Assembly: GCA_018664485.1 (NCBI GenBank)
Contig: JABJOE010000009.1
Span: 4,108 to 68,107 of the forward strand
Reading direction: 5' to 3'
Origin: Candidatus Uhrbacteria bacterium
GTDB taxonomy: Bacteria; Patescibacteriota; Patescibacteriia; UBA9934
Length of the DNA stretch: 64,000 nucleotides
Each line of letters starts with the position of its first letter. Within the stretch, counting starts at the first letter, position 1. Made by a program: the position numbers and the translations under genes. Positions 28,068 through 38,439 of the stretch are shown piece by piece. Under the pieces are notes generated by a model. That model worked only from the letters and a program-made list of their open reading frames with translations, made no database searches and was not told where the DNA came from.

Positions 28068-31001
28068 ATGCCAGACAAACTTCTATTTGGATTAAACGAA
28101 GAGCAACTCGAAGCCGTCACATACGACGGTGGGCCGTTGATGATTATCGCAGGTGCCGGTACCGGAAAAACAACCGTAATCACTCAGAGAATCTCTTGGC
28201 TTATTGAACAGGGAAGAGCGAAGCCAGACGAAGTATTGGCACTAACCTTTACAGAGAAGGCGGCAACCGAAATGGAAGAGCGTGTTGATCAGCTACTGCC
28301 AATTGGATATGTAGATCTTTGGATTTCAACATTCCATGCTTTTTGCGAACGGGTCCTTCGACAACATGCACTTGAGATCGGACTACCAGATCAATTCCTT
28401 CTTCTCGATGAGATTAGTGCGTATCTGATGATTCGTCGTGAACTTGAACGGTTCGAACTCGACTACTATCAACCACGCGGAAACCCAACACGATTCCTTC
28501 GCTCAATGCTTAAGCACATCTCTCGCCTAAAGGACGAGCTCATTACTCCAGACGATTACGCCGCACTCGCAGCAGAAAAGCTCGCAAATAAAAAACCGGA
28601 CAAAGATGCTACCGACAAAGAAAACGAAGAGCAGTTAGCCGAGATTGCAAAGCTCGGTGAACTTGCAAATGCATACCGCGTATACCAAGACATTCTCCTT
28701 GAGCAGAATGCTTTGGACTTTTCTGACCTTATTTCATACACAATCGAGCTTTTCCGAAAACGACCAGATATTCTCAAGCAATATCAGGAACAGTTCAAAT
28801 ATATTCTGGTTGATGAGTTTCAAGATACAAACATGGCGCAATACGCGCTCGTAAAGCTACTCATTTCATCACCTGACAACATCACAGTGGTTGGAGACGA
28901 TGATCAATCAATCTATAAATTCCGAGGGGCGTCACTTTCAAATATCATGCAGTTCCGCGCTGACTTTCCGGATTCAAAGCGCGTAGTGCTTACAAAAAAC
29001 TATCGTAGTGGAAAGAATATTCTCGATGCTGCGTACAAGATGATTCAGCAAAACAATCCAAACCGGCTTGAGGATCGCGAAGGGCTAAACAAGGAGCTTA
29101 CAGCGCATCAGGAACACGAAGGGTACGTTGAACACATTCATTGTGATACTCATCACGACGAAGTACAGGGCGTCATGGAAAAAATCGTTTCACTCAAAAA
29201 AGACGACGACACGCGATGGTCCGACTTTGTTATCTTAGTTCGTGCCAATGACAACGCAACACCGTTTTTAACGTCCCTTGAACACGCCGGCATTCCATAC
29301 CGTTTCATGGCAATGTCAGGGCTCTACACAAAGCCAATTATCATCGACGGTCTTGCATTCCTGCGTATTATCGACCAGCACCACGATGGACCATCCATGT
29401 TTAGGATTTTGAGCCACCCAACTCTTGGTGTTGGGGAGAACGACCTTGCAAATATCACAATGCACGCTCGCAAAAAGGGAATTTCGTTGTTTCAGGCTTT
29501 GGTTTCCACTCCAGACATTTCAGATGAAGGAAAGAAACGAATTGATGAATTACTAGAATCACTTGGAAGCCTGGAGACAGAGGCACGCCGACGACCCGCA
29601 AGCGAACTATTCGTAAGTGTGATGAAGCAAACTGGCCTCCTTGCAGGAATTCGTGAACTGCCAGAGCCTGCACAGGTCGAGCAGTTTGAGTTCCTACAGC
29701 AGTTCTTCGCTCGAATTAAAGCATTTGAAAAGACTGCAACAGACCCTCATGTACACCATTTCTTGGAAATTTTCGACCATGAATCTCAGGCGGGGGAAGC
29801 TGGAAAATTATCAACTGATATTGAAGCCGGCCCTGACGTTGTAAACATCATGACCGTTCATGCTTCAAAGGGATTAGAGTTCCGCTTTGTTTTCCTCGTA
29901 AACCTGGTAGAGCAACGATTCCCGTCACAACGACGCGCTGACCCAATCAAAATCCCTGAAGAACTTGTAAAAGAAATTCAAAATGAAGAAGGGAATCCAC
30001 ACATTGAAGAAGAGCGACGACTTTTCTACGTTGCCATGACCCGTGCGAAAGAAGGTCTTTTCATGTTCAGTGCAGAAGATTACGGAGGTGTACGTAAGCG
30101 AAAACCATCACGATTCATTCAGGACGCTAATCTAGAACCACAAAGACGAACAGGAAATGTGCAAAGGCTTGGTGAGGAGATGGATGTAGAGGTGAAAGCT
30201 GGAAACAATATTCCATCATTCAAACCAGGGACGATGTCGTTCACTCAACTAGCGGCATTTTCAAGCTGTCCACTGCAGTACAAATTTGCTCATATCCTTC
30301 ACGTTCCAGTATTTGGTCGTTACCAGATGAGTTTTGGAAAAACGATGCACAACTCACTACAGCATTTCATGGAGCGCGTAGTTGCAGCCCAGCAGAAATC
30401 AGAGGAGACTTCAGGTGCAGACACAGAAACACCAATCGAATTTCCAAGCCTCAACATTCTAAAAGAGATATACGAAGCCAACTGGATTGACGAATGGTAC
30501 CCAGATGACGATATTCGCGAAGAGTACCGACAGAATGGACTTGATTCGCTTACAGCATTTCACACAGATCTCAACGCTCGCAAACCCAAGGTCTCAATGA
30601 TTGAAAAAGGCTTTACATTGAAAATTGGAGAAGTGACAGTAAAAGGACGTATAGACCGTATCGACGAAATTGAAGATGGCTTTGAAATCGTTGACTATAA
30701 AACTGGGTCACCAAAGGCTTTGGAGAAGATTGGTTGGCAAGAAAAACGTCAGCTGGTTCTCTATGCACTAGCTGCAGAGCGATGTTTCGATCCGCCACTA
30801 AAAATCACAAAACTTACGTACCATTATCTCGAGGACAACTCACTCGTGACATTCGAACCAAAACAAAAAGATATTGAAAAGCTTCAACAGGAAGTATTAG
30901 GTACGGTTGCTCGCATGAAAGAGTCTGATTTTAAGGCAACGCCGGGATGGAATTGTAAATTCTGTGACTTCCGAGATATTTGTGAATTTAGAGCTGGTTA
31001 A
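28068..31001 (+). CDS. UvrD/PcrA/AddA-type SF1 helicase fused to a C-terminal PD-(D/E)xK RecB/Cas4-like nuclease domain with a Cys cluster
   Basis: N-terminal AGAGTGKTTVIT Walker A, UvrD motifs (TFH, VDEFQDTN). C-terminal DxK-like region and NCKFCDF..IC Cys motif. Confidence 0.85.
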   Translation: MPDKLLFGLNEEQLEAVTYDGGPLMIIAGAGTGKTTVITQRISWLIEQGRAKPDEVLALTFTEKAATEMEERVDQLLPIGYVDLWISTFHAFCERVLRQHALEIGLPDQFLLLDEISAYLMIRRELERFELDYYQPRGNPTRFLRSMLKHISRLKDELITPDDYAALAAEKLANKKPDKDATDKENEEQLAEIAKLGELANAYRVYQDILLEQNALDFSDLISYTIELFRKRPDILKQYQEQFKYILVDEFQDTNMAQYALVKLLISSPDNITVVGDDDQSIYKFRGASLSNIMQFRADFPDSKRVVLTKNYRSGKNILDAAYKMIQQNNPNRLEDREGLNKELTAHQEHEGYVEHIHCDTHHDEVQGVMEKIVSLKKDDDTRWSDFVILVRANDNATPFLTSLEHAGIPYRFMAMSGLYTKPIIIDGLAFLRIIDQHHDGPSMFRILSHPTLGVGENDLANITMHARKKGISLFQALVSTPDISDEGKKRIDELLESLGSLETEARRRPASELFVSVMKQTGLLAGIRELPEPAQVEQFEFLQQFFARIKAFEKTATDPHVHHFLEIFDHESQAGEAGKLSTDIEAGPDVVNIMTVHASKGLEFRFVFLVNLVEQRFPSQRRADPIKIPEELVKEIQNEEGNPHIEEERRLFYVAMTRAKEGLFMFSAEDYGGVRKRKPSRFIQDANLEPQRRTGNVQRLGEEMDVEVKAGNNIPSFKPGTMSFTQLAAFSSCPLQYKFAHILHVPVFGRYQMSFGKTMHNSLQHFMERVVAAQQKSEETSGADTETPIEFPSLNILKEIYEANWIDEWYPDDDIREEYRQNGLDSLTAFHTDLNARKPKVSMIEKGFTLKIGEVTVKGRIDRIDEIEDGFEIVDYKTGSPKALEKIGWQEKRQLVLYALAAERCFDPPLKITKLTYHYLEDNSLVTFEPKQKDIEKLQQEVLGTVARMKESDFKATPGWNCKFCDFRDICEFRAG

Positions 31002-31002
31002 C

Positions 31003-31404
31003 ATGAATGATTTCGGCAAAAACAAATGGCAAAAGTGGAAACGCCCAAAAAAAGCTAATCGACCGTTTAAAAAACGACCGGATAGCATCAACTTTTTGGT
31101 TGGTGGAGCTTTGAAGCGGCATGGAATAGGGCCTCAGGTTCAAGCTGCGATGATTGTAAAGCGTGCAAACGAGGTCTTAGACAGAATTATCGAAGAACGA
31201 TTTCGATCCGATGTTCGCGTAATATCGTTTCAGCGCACCGAACTTCACGTTGCCTGCCGTCACGCACCAGCACGCCACGTAATCGACAGCGTAAGGGTGC
31301 AAATTAGCGAGGAGATGACAGTTCATTTTCCATCAATTACAATCAATAGAATCTTCTGCAAGGTAGACCCACACATGCTCGACAGCAAAAGTGAAATTTC
31401 ATAA
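31003..31404 (+). CDS. DUF721-like protein (DciA-like fold?)
   Basis: Start ATG 1 nt after the helicase stop. Pattern VKRANEVLDRII...RVISFQRTELHVACRHAPARHVI resembles DUF721. Confidence 0.45.
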   Translation: MNDFGKNKWQKWKRPKKANRPFKKRPDSINFLVGGALKRHGIGPQVQAAMIVKRANEVLDRIIEERFRSDVRVISFQRTELHVACRHAPARHVIDSVRVQISEEMTVHFPSITINRIFCKVDPHMLDSKSEIS

Positions 31405-31458
31405 ACAGAAACCTGCACTTACAAGATTCAAATCCATTTCTCGTGATACAATATCACT

Positions 31459-31842
31459 ATGAGCGTACGACATTACATCCTATTTCTTCTTTACGGAACA
31501 GCTATCTCTTGGTGCGCTTGGTTGATTACGCTTTTCAGCATCGATCCGGCAACAGCGAGTACGATAGGGCAGGCCGCTTTTCACCTCACACTATTTACGG
31601 CAATCACCGGAACTGTGAGCTCGGTAAGTACAATGGTGCGTGTACGTCGAAAAACTCAATACAAACTTGAAGATCTCGTAAAAATCTCCCTACGACAAGG
31701 GCTCTTTATTGCCATTTTGCTCGAACTTACACTACTTTTAATGCACAATAGCTGGCTTACTTGGTGGTCAGCGATACTTATCATTTTACTTATTGGCTTA
31801 CTTGAGTCGATTTTCCTAAGTTTATCGCACAAACCGGCTTGA
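31459..31842 (+). CDS. hypothetical membrane protein (4 TM)
   Basis: Hydrophobic profile. Confidence 0.45.
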   Translation: MSVRHYILFLLYGTAISWCAWLITLFSIDPATASTIGQAAFHLTLFTAITGTVSSVSTMVRVRRKTQYKLEDLVKISLRQGLFIAILLELTLLLMHNSWLTWWSAILIILLIGLLESIFLSLSHKPA

Positions 31843-31990
31843 TACTACGATCAACATAAACTAAGATAAGGTCTCCGGGATATAAAGTAACCGAAGGCCC
31901 TTATATTTTGTGGGCATTCAGATAAAGTGGTGCGAGGCATTAGAGTTTGAGATATTTAGACAGTGAATACATGAAAGTTTACGGCAGATT

Positions 31991-33043
31991 ATGTTGAACA
32001 AATTTTTTGGTCGGTTCTCAGAAGATATCGGTATTGATCTAGGTACGGCCAATACATTGCTTTTTGTTAAAGGAAAAGGTGTGGTCGTGAATGAACCTTC
32101 GATCGTAGCTATCAACACACGGTCAAATCAGATCGTAGCTGTAGGACATAGCGCGAAGGACATGCTTGGAAAAACACCTCCTCACATCATTACAACAAAG
32201 CCTCTCACAAAAGGTGTCATCTCTGACTTTGAGGTGACAGAAAAGATGCTTAAATTCTTCTTCGACAAAATTCACGAAGATGCATTCACGGTGGTGCCCC
32301 GTCCACGAGTTGTGATCGGTGTACCGCTCGATGTCACGGAAGTAGAACGAAAAGCTGTCGAGGATGCCGCAATCAGTTCGGGTGCGAGAGAAGTTTTTCT
32401 TATCGAGGAACCAATGGCCGCAGCAATCGGTGCGCGCCTTCCAATTTCTGAATCTGTAGGATCAATGGTCGTAGACATCGGAGGTGGAACAACGGAAATT
32501 GCCGTCATCTCACTCAACGGTGTTGTTACATGGAAGTCACTTACAGTTGCCGGTGAAGAAATGACCAAAAACATCATCCAATATACTCGAGACGTTTTCA
32601 ATCTTCTGATTGGAGAAAAGGTTGCAGAGGCAGTAAAGTGCCGTATTGGTAGTGCAATTGAGATGGATGAGGTAATGGATTTCCAAATGCGTGGACGAGA
32701 TCTTCTCACAGGACTTCCAAAACAGGTCCTTATAAACGACGGTCAGGTTCGTGAAGCTCTACTAAAATCTATCCGCAATATTACAGAAAACATCAAGCTG
32801 ACACTCGAGGTTACGCCACCGGAACTTGTGGCAGATATCTACGAACGTGGAATCGTTCTATGCGGCGGAGGATCTCTCCTAAAGGGTATCGCTCGCTTGA
32901 TCGAAAAGCAGACCGGTGTTCCCGTTAGACTTGCAGAGGATCCGCTTACAACTGTAGTGCGTGGAACCGGTGTGCTTCTAGAAGATCCTGAGTTACTAAA
33001 GGAAATTACCCTACCATCTACGTCTGATGAAGGCTACTCATAG
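31991..33043 (+). CDS. mreB: rod shape-determining protein MreB (actin homolog)
   Basis: DIGIDLGTANTL phosphate-1 motif, DIGGGTTE phosphate-2, LCGGGS adenosine motif. Confidence 0.9.
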   Translation: MLNKFFGRFSEDIGIDLGTANTLLFVKGKGVVVNEPSIVAINTRSNQIVAVGHSAKDMLGKTPPHIITTKPLTKGVISDFEVTEKMLKFFFDKIHEDAFTVVPRPRVVIGVPLDVTEVERKAVEDAAISSGAREVFLIEEPMAAAIGARLPISESVGSMVVDIGGGTTEIAVISLNGVVTWKSLTVAGEEMTKNIIQYTRDVFNLLIGEKVAEAVKCRIGSAIEMDEVMDFQMRGRDLLTGLPKQVLINDGQVREALLKSIRNITENIKLTLEVTPPELVADIYERGIVLCGGGSLLKGIARLIEKQTGVPVRLAEDPLTTVVRGTGVLLEDPELLKEITLPSTSDEGYS

Positions 33044-33067
33044 GGCACAAAACTAAACACAAAAACC

Positions 33068-33880
33068 ATGGCACTCTCACTCAAAAATCTTTCTAAAAAT
33101 TCCCAAGCCGCCCTCCAAGCGATTGGCCTATTTCTCCTGATCACCATCGGCATCTTGCTGATCATTTTTTTTACACCAGCGGTTGAAGGAACTCAGAAAG
33201 TACAGTCAGGATTCTATTCGTTCAGCCAAACAATATCGAGCTGGACTGCGGATACATTTTTTGACCGAGAGACTCTTCGAGGTGAACACAAATATTATCA
33301 AGACCTAGCATCGCTTCACACACATGAGGAGGCATACATAAACGAGCTGGAGCAAAGTGTGGCCCAATTAGAAGCGGCACTCAAGTACGAAGAGACAATT
33401 GGATACACAACAACTATCGCTCGCGTCCTGTCCCGCTCCATAAATAAGGAAAGAGAGCTGCTTATCGACAAGGGAATTTTGGACGGAATCATTGTTGGTC
33501 AAGCGGTTGTCGTAGGTGACGGGCATCTAGTTGGAGAAATCATCGATCTCAACGATCGCACTGCAACTGTCAGACTTCTTCAAGACAAAGATAGCTCAAT
33601 CGCCGCAGCCATACTCGGATCCGACAAGACTATTGGACTAATCGAGGGGCGGGAAGGGTATCTTCTTTCAATGCAGTTCATACCTCAAGATGAGCGAATC
33701 GACGTACACGATGTAGCAGTAACGTCAGGTCTTGATGAGCTTATTCCAAGTGGACTTGTAATCGGGGTTGTAAGCGAATTAATCACAAACGACGCCGCGG
33801 CATTCCAGGAGGCTCGTATTGAGCAGATTATCCAAGAAAACGACTTCTCATACGTGACAGTCATGCAGATACCGCTATGA
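33068..33880 (+). CDS. mreC: rod shape-determining protein MreC
   Basis: N-terminal TM, coiled coil, C-terminal beta domain. Position after mreB. Confidence 0.65.
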   Translation: MALSLKNLSKNSQAALQAIGLFLLITIGILLIIFFTPAVEGTQKVQSGFYSFSQTISSWTADTFFDRETLRGEHKYYQDLASLHTHEEAYINELEQSVAQLEAALKYEETIGYTTTIARVLSRSINKERELLIDKGILDGIIVGQAVVVGDGHLVGEIIDLNDRTATVRLLQDKDSSIAAAILGSDKTIGLIEGREGYLLSMQFIPQDERIDVHDVAVTSGLDELIPSGLVIGVVSELITNDAAAFQEARIEQIIQENDFSYVTVMQIPL

Positions 33881-34362
33881 ACGTAGTCTCAACTGTAATT
33901 GTAGCTCTGTTGTTTTTAGTAAGTTTGTTTTTCCAAACTACAATAGTTCAGGCTTTTGACATCCCGCTTGGGGCAACACCGATTCATCTCGCAATCGGGT
34001 TTTTACTACTTCACCGTGGTCGGATAGAGCTTGGAAGTGCATGGATTGCAATCACTCCCATTATCGCTATATGGGTTGGACACATTCCAGGAGCCTGGTG
34101 GGCATACATTTTAATTGCAATAACAGGTCCGATACTAGTTAAACGAATCTTTGCTAAACGATCGCTACTTGCATTGATGGGCCTCAGCTGGTCACTCTAT
34201 TTAATATTCATGATAGCGAGCTACTCGACATTCGCCGAGCCCGTAACCATGACCTGGATCGGATTTATAATGTTAACCATTTCCTTGATATTTATCGCAT
34301 ATTTGGAACGCTACGTGCAACGCTTCAGCAAACGTTTCATTCTAGTTCGCCGCAAGCACTAA
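33877..34362 (+). CDS. mreD: MreD-like polytopic membrane protein
   Basis: 5 TM helices. Overlaps the mreC stop and precedes PBP2. Confidence 0.5.
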   Translation: MNVVSTVIVALLFLVSLFFQTTIVQAFDIPLGATPIHLAIGFLLLHRGRIELGSAWIAITPIIAIWVGHIPGAWWAYILIAITGPILVKRIFAKRSLLALMGLSWSLYLIFMIASYSTFAEPVTMTWIGFIMLTISLIFIAYLERYVQRFSKRFILVRRKH

Positions 34363-34407
34363 TATCGTTTGCAGACCAAATAACGCCAGAAATTACGAAA
34401 GAATAAT

Positions 34408-36330
34408 ATGGTTCTGAAGTCTAACAACCCATTCCCGGAGCTCGACGGAAGCGAGACTCCTTTTGCGGTTGATAGACGTGATGATATTTTCTTTGAAGAA
34501 GTAATGGCAGAATACCCAGAAGCATCAACACAGTCAGCTCGGTCATTCGTAGGCTCTGTAATTGATGCAAAACGATTTAAAATAGCGATGGGAATACTCA
34601 TCGCTCTAGCCTTTATGTTCCTTGGTAAAACCGGGATGATGCAAATAGTGCACGGGGAAGAATACCGTACTCTAGCTGAAGAAAATCGAATCTACCGGCA
34701 AGTTCTCCCTACAAAGCGTGGTGTTATATATGATCGAAATGGTGTCATTCTTGCTGAAAATATTCCAACTTTCCAAATTATCACAGCACTCTCAGCACTT
34801 CCTGCAGATGCATATGAACGTCAGCAGGCCTTAGGAGCGCTTGCAACGCTGATCGAGGAAGATCAACGTGAATGGATGGTAGCTCTCGACAGTATCACCG
34901 ATGAAGATGAACCAATTCTCCTTGCAAAAGACGTCGGGTACGAAATGGCAATGTATCTTGCAACACATAAAGAGAACTTTCCATGGATGCAGCTTGAAAT
35001 CGGATCCAAACGTGAATACATCACAGACGGTATTCCATCTCTGTCACATATTATTGGATACACAGGAATCATCAACGAAGACGAGTACGACGTAATCTCG
35101 CACGATGAATACCGACAATTCGACCATATAGGTAAGCTTGGCCTTGAATCTGAATATGAAACGATGTTACGCGGAACATATGGTGAGTCTTATCTAGAAG
35201 TTGATGCCTTCGGTGGAATCGAGCGCATTATTTCAAAAGAGGATCCAGTTGATGGGGAAGCGCTTCACCTTACGATTGACGCAGCACTTCAGGCCCAGAT
35301 TGAGCAAGTTCTCAAAGCAAGGCTCGACGGTACAGTAGCGTCACGAGCATCAGTCGTTGTAATGGATCCAAACAACGGTGACATTTTGTCTCTTGTATCG
35401 TGGCCAGCATTCGACTCAAATGAATTTACAGACGGAATTAATGAGGAAACTTATGAGTCATATATAACCGATGAAGATCGACCGCTGTTTTCGCGTGCAA
35501 CAGCTGGAGATTATCCATCTGGATCAACTATAAAAATGGCACATGCAGCTGCCGCACTCATGGAGGGAGTTATAAACGACTCAACATCATTTATATCGAC
35601 CGGTGGAATTAGTATTGGCATATGGTTCTTTCCAGACTGGCGAGCTGGCGGTCACGGAGTTACAAATATCTACCATGCCATTGCAGATTCTGTTAATACA
35701 TTCTTCTACATGATCGGTGGAGGTGATGAAACATTCAAAGGGTTAGGGATCGATAAAATGATGGAGTACGATGCGAGGATGGGATTCGGCTCCAAAACAG
35801 GAATCGACCTTCCAACAGAGGCAGACGGATTCTTGCCGTCACGTGAATGGAAATGGGAAGCGAAGGGTGAGCAGTGGTATATCGGTGACACATACCACGT
35901 AGCAATCGGGCAGGGTGACTTTTTAGCAACGCCACTACAGGTAAACGGAGCGACAGCAATGTTTGCAAACGGTGGGGAATTAGTGCGCCCGCGACTATGG
36001 GAAGATCGTGAAATAGAAAAAGAACGTGCTGTCGGGCTCGATATAGCTATAATCATTCAAAATGCAATGCGGCAAACCGTAACAGAGGGATCGGCGCAAA
36101 TGCTTGGATCAGCCCCGGTAACTGTCGCCGGAAAAACTGGTACGGCTCAATGGTCTTCCATTAACCCGCCACATTCTTGGTTCACCGGCTTTGCACCTTT
36201 TGATGAACCGGAACTTGCGATCACTGTGCTTATTGAGGAAGGAGGAGACGACTATTTAGCAGTTCCAATTACGTACGATATTTTAAACTGGTACTTCGCA
36301 GACCGTTTCCCAGATACTACAGATCAATAG
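34408..36330 (+). CDS. mrdA: penicillin-binding protein 2 (class B transpeptidase)
   Basis: SGSTIK (SxxK), SxN-like motif and KTGTAQ (KTG) motifs. N-terminal TM and dimerisation domain. Confidence 0.85.
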   Translation: MVLKSNNPFPELDGSETPFAVDRRDDIFFEEVMAEYPEASTQSARSFVGSVIDAKRFKIAMGILIALAFMFLGKTGMMQIVHGEEYRTLAEENRIYRQVLPTKRGVIYDRNGVILAENIPTFQIITALSALPADAYERQQALGALATLIEEDQREWMVALDSITDEDEPILLAKDVGYEMAMYLATHKENFPWMQLEIGSKREYITDGIPSLSHIIGYTGIINEDEYDVISHDEYRQFDHIGKLGLESEYETMLRGTYGESYLEVDAFGGIERIISKEDPVDGEALHLTIDAALQAQIEQVLKARLDGTVASRASVVVMDPNNGDILSLVSWPAFDSNEFTDGINEETYESYITDEDRPLFSRATAGDYPSGSTIKMAHAAAALMEGVINDSTSFISTGGISIGIWFFPDWRAGGHGVTNIYHAIADSVNTFFYMIGGGDETFKGLGIDKMMEYDARMGFGSKTGIDLPTEADGFLPSREWKWEAKGEQWYIGDTYHVAIGQGDFLATPLQVNGATAMFANGGELVRPRLWEDREIEKERAVGLDIAIIIQNAMRQTVTEGSAQMLGSAPVTVAGKTGTAQWSSINPPHSWFTGFAPFDEPELAITVLIEEGGDDYLAVPITYDILNWYFADRFPDTTDQ

Positions 36331-36466
36331 AATACTGTTGACCATAACGTTGACATAATGCAAATACTGCAGTATGCTACTTCTATTGTCGCAGAAAAGC
36401 GGGAATAATTTTTTCTGCAAAAATTTAAGCTTTATTGGCTGAAATAGCCAAAATTTACGACTTACT

Positions 36467-36928
36467 ATGAACGACCTTCAGTATATCTCTCCACAAGGAC
36501 TCGCCGACTTAAAAGTAGAAGTTCAAGAGAGAAAGACAAAAACTCGACGAGAAATCGCTGATAAGATTGGTCAGGCAAAAGAGCTTGGTGATCTTTCAGA
36601 GAATTTTGAATATCACGACGCAAAGCAATTGCAGGCTGATAACGAATCACGCATTATTGTTATTGAAAATCTTTTACGCAACGTTGTCGTTGTTGAAAAG
36701 AAAACTGGTGCAACGTGCGTTGCTATCGGAACAGGTTTTACAGTTTCAATTGGTGACGCCGAAAAAACATTTGAAATTGTTGGTGCGTCCGAAGCTGATC
36801 CACTAAGTGGAAAGATCAGTAATGAATCACCACTTGGAAACAAATTCCTTGGATCATGTATTGGAGACAAGGTAGAAATGGAAACTCCCGGTGGAGTTAT
36901 GACCTACGAGGTAAAAGCAATTGACTAA
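36467..36928 (+). CDS. greA: transcription elongation factor GreA
   Basis: N-terminal coiled coil with GDLSENFEYHDAK. C-terminal FKBP-like domain. Confidence 0.85.
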   Translation: MNDLQYISPQGLADLKVEVQERKTKTRREIADKIGQAKELGDLSENFEYHDAKQLQADNESRIIVIENLLRNVVVVEKKTGATCVAIGTGFTVSIGDAEKTFEIVGASEADPLSGKISNESPLGNKFLGSCIGDKVEMETPGGVMTYEVKAID

Positions 36929-36952
36929 GTTTTCTACATTTTAAAAGCACAT

Positions 36953-36985
36953 CACCCCCGACCTGGCGTTTTCCAGGCGGGGGTG
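36953..36985. terminator. GC-rich hairpin terminator (cacccccgacctggcg tttt ccaggcgggggtg), bidirectional for greA (+) and the minus-strand islet gene
   Basis: Perfect long inverted repeat. On the minus strand it is followed by TGCTTTTAAAA. Confidence 0.65.
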
Positions 36986-37001
36986 TTGACGTTTGTAGTC
37001 C

Positions 37002-37667
37002 TCAGCTCTCACTGGGCTTGTAAGGGATGAACGATTCGCCGGTAATAGCAGGTGCTACTCCCGATGGCACGCTGAACGTATATCTAAATACATCACCAGG
37101 TTTGCAGATCGCGGGCGCTGCGCCCTTGAATGGAAAACCAATGAACGGTGCCATACCGACTCCAATTACGTGGCGGTCGCCCGTGGGAAAATCTCTAGAC
37201 AGAACTTTGAATTTGTATTTTCCTACAGGACCAAGGAGTACATCATGCATCCAGACAAGTAGTTGGAGTTGGTAGAATGTAGAATTTCGCCACACCTTCC
37301 CCCAAACCTGCATTCCCGGATCCTGCATAGATGCAACAGCCTTCATTGCCTCATCGAAACTCTTGCGCCCGCTCGGCCACCACGACTCATGGTGGTATCC
37401 AAGTGCTGCAACTTCGCGTGGAACAACCCTCACGCCAAGCTCATCATTCGCCAGCTCTGCAAGTAGACCAGTAGCATTGAGAGCAGACTCATCATGAGTC
37501 ACGAAGAGCCGACCGTCCCATGGGTCTCCACTCACTTTGATCAGAGGAAGTACTTCATTTAGAGACGCATCGCGCACCGCGCTTGCGCTCAAGCCAGCGT
37601 CGTTATCCATGCCGCAGCAAATCAGATGAAAGTTGACTTCCAGGCGCCTCTCATTCGGATCAATCAT
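37002..37667 (-). CDS. hypothetical protein, tandem paralog A (unknown family; FHLIxC, GDxWDGRL, HHVIGxG, C-terminal PYKPSES)
   Basis: 221 aa, G+C-rich. GGGAGGT SD 7 nt before the ATG. About 35-40% identical to the upstream paralog. Confidence 0.5.
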   Translation of the reverse strand: MIDPNERRLEVNFHLICCGMDNDAGLSASAVRDASLNEVLPLIKVSGDPWDGRLFVTHDESALNATGLLAELANDELGVRVVPREVAALGYHHESWWPSGRKSFDEAMKAVASMQDPGMQVWGKVWRNSTFYQLQLLVWMHDVLLGPVGKYKFKVLSRDFPTGDRHVIGVGMAPFIGFPFKGAAPAICKPGDVFRYTFSVPSGVAPAITGESFIPYKPSES

Positions 37668-37746
37668 TTAGACCTCCCGGCCTTGCTATGGGGAATCTAA
37701 ACTTACCTAATACACGCTTCTATCGTCAAATCACTTTAACGCACAT

Positions 37747-37777
37747 CACCCCCGACCTGGCGTTCCAGGCGGGGGTG
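37747..37777 (-). terminator. duplicated copy of the GC-rich hairpin terminator, 3' of paralog B
   Basis: Near-identical at nucleotide level to 36953-36985, including the last 6 codons of the preceding gene. Confidence 0.6.
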
Positions 37778-37794
37778 TTTGACGTTTGCAGGCC

Positions 37795-38439
37795 TCAGCT
37801 CTCACTGGGCACGTAGGGCGTGAATGTGCAGCTAACCAGTTTTGGCGGACCTTCTTTTGGTACATGGAAGAAGTAGCTGAACATAGATCCAGGCTCAACA
37901 ATGGCGGGCACATCAGAAGGGCTGCCATACGGCATGCCAATCATAGGGGAGTGGCCAAGACCAATCACATGATGATTTCTTGTACGATCAGCGAACCGCA
38001 TACCAACCATCACGGAATGCATCCAGGTCAAGACACGATGTCGGTAGAAACTGGCAGCCATCCACGACTGATGCCATGCCATAAAGGACTGTGGCGTTAC
38101 CATGAATTCTCTGACAAGCCCAATGTAGTCAGGGCCAGCATTACCATCCCAAATTGTGGGGTGGTAAAATCCGATCGCTCCAGTGGAGACCTGCTCACAG
38201 AACTGATCACGATCTCCGTCAACAACTGCCGCAATACTATCCGCAGCAGCGACAGGTGAACTGTCAACGTTCACATGGAGACGTCCATCCCATGCATCTC
38301 CAGGCCTCCTTATCAGAGGAAGAATCTTATCGCTGAACATGCAGCTCGCCCTAAGGGCGCCATTTTCACCACCAGGGCCCTCCGCACAAACAATGAGGTG
38401 AAAAGAAACCTTCAGGCACCCGCCTTTCTTACAAGCCAT
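37795..38439 (-). CDS. hypothetical protein, tandem paralog B (same unknown family; C-terminal PYVPSES)
   Basis: Start taken at MACKKGG (ATG at 38437-38439) with a GGAGGT SD. This aligns with the start of paralog A. The ORF as listed extends to 38499. Confidence 0.5.
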   Translation of the reverse strand: MACKKGGCLKVSFHLIVCAEGPGGENGALRASCMFSDKILPLIRRPGDAWDGRLHVNVDSSPVAAADSIAAVVDGDRDQFCEQVSTGAIGFYHPTIWDGNAGPDYIGLVREFMVTPQSFMAWHQSWMAASFYRHRVLTWMHSVMVGMRFADRTRNHHVIGLGHSPMIGMPYGSPSDVPAIVEPGSMFSYFFHVPKEGPPKLVSCTFTPYVPSES

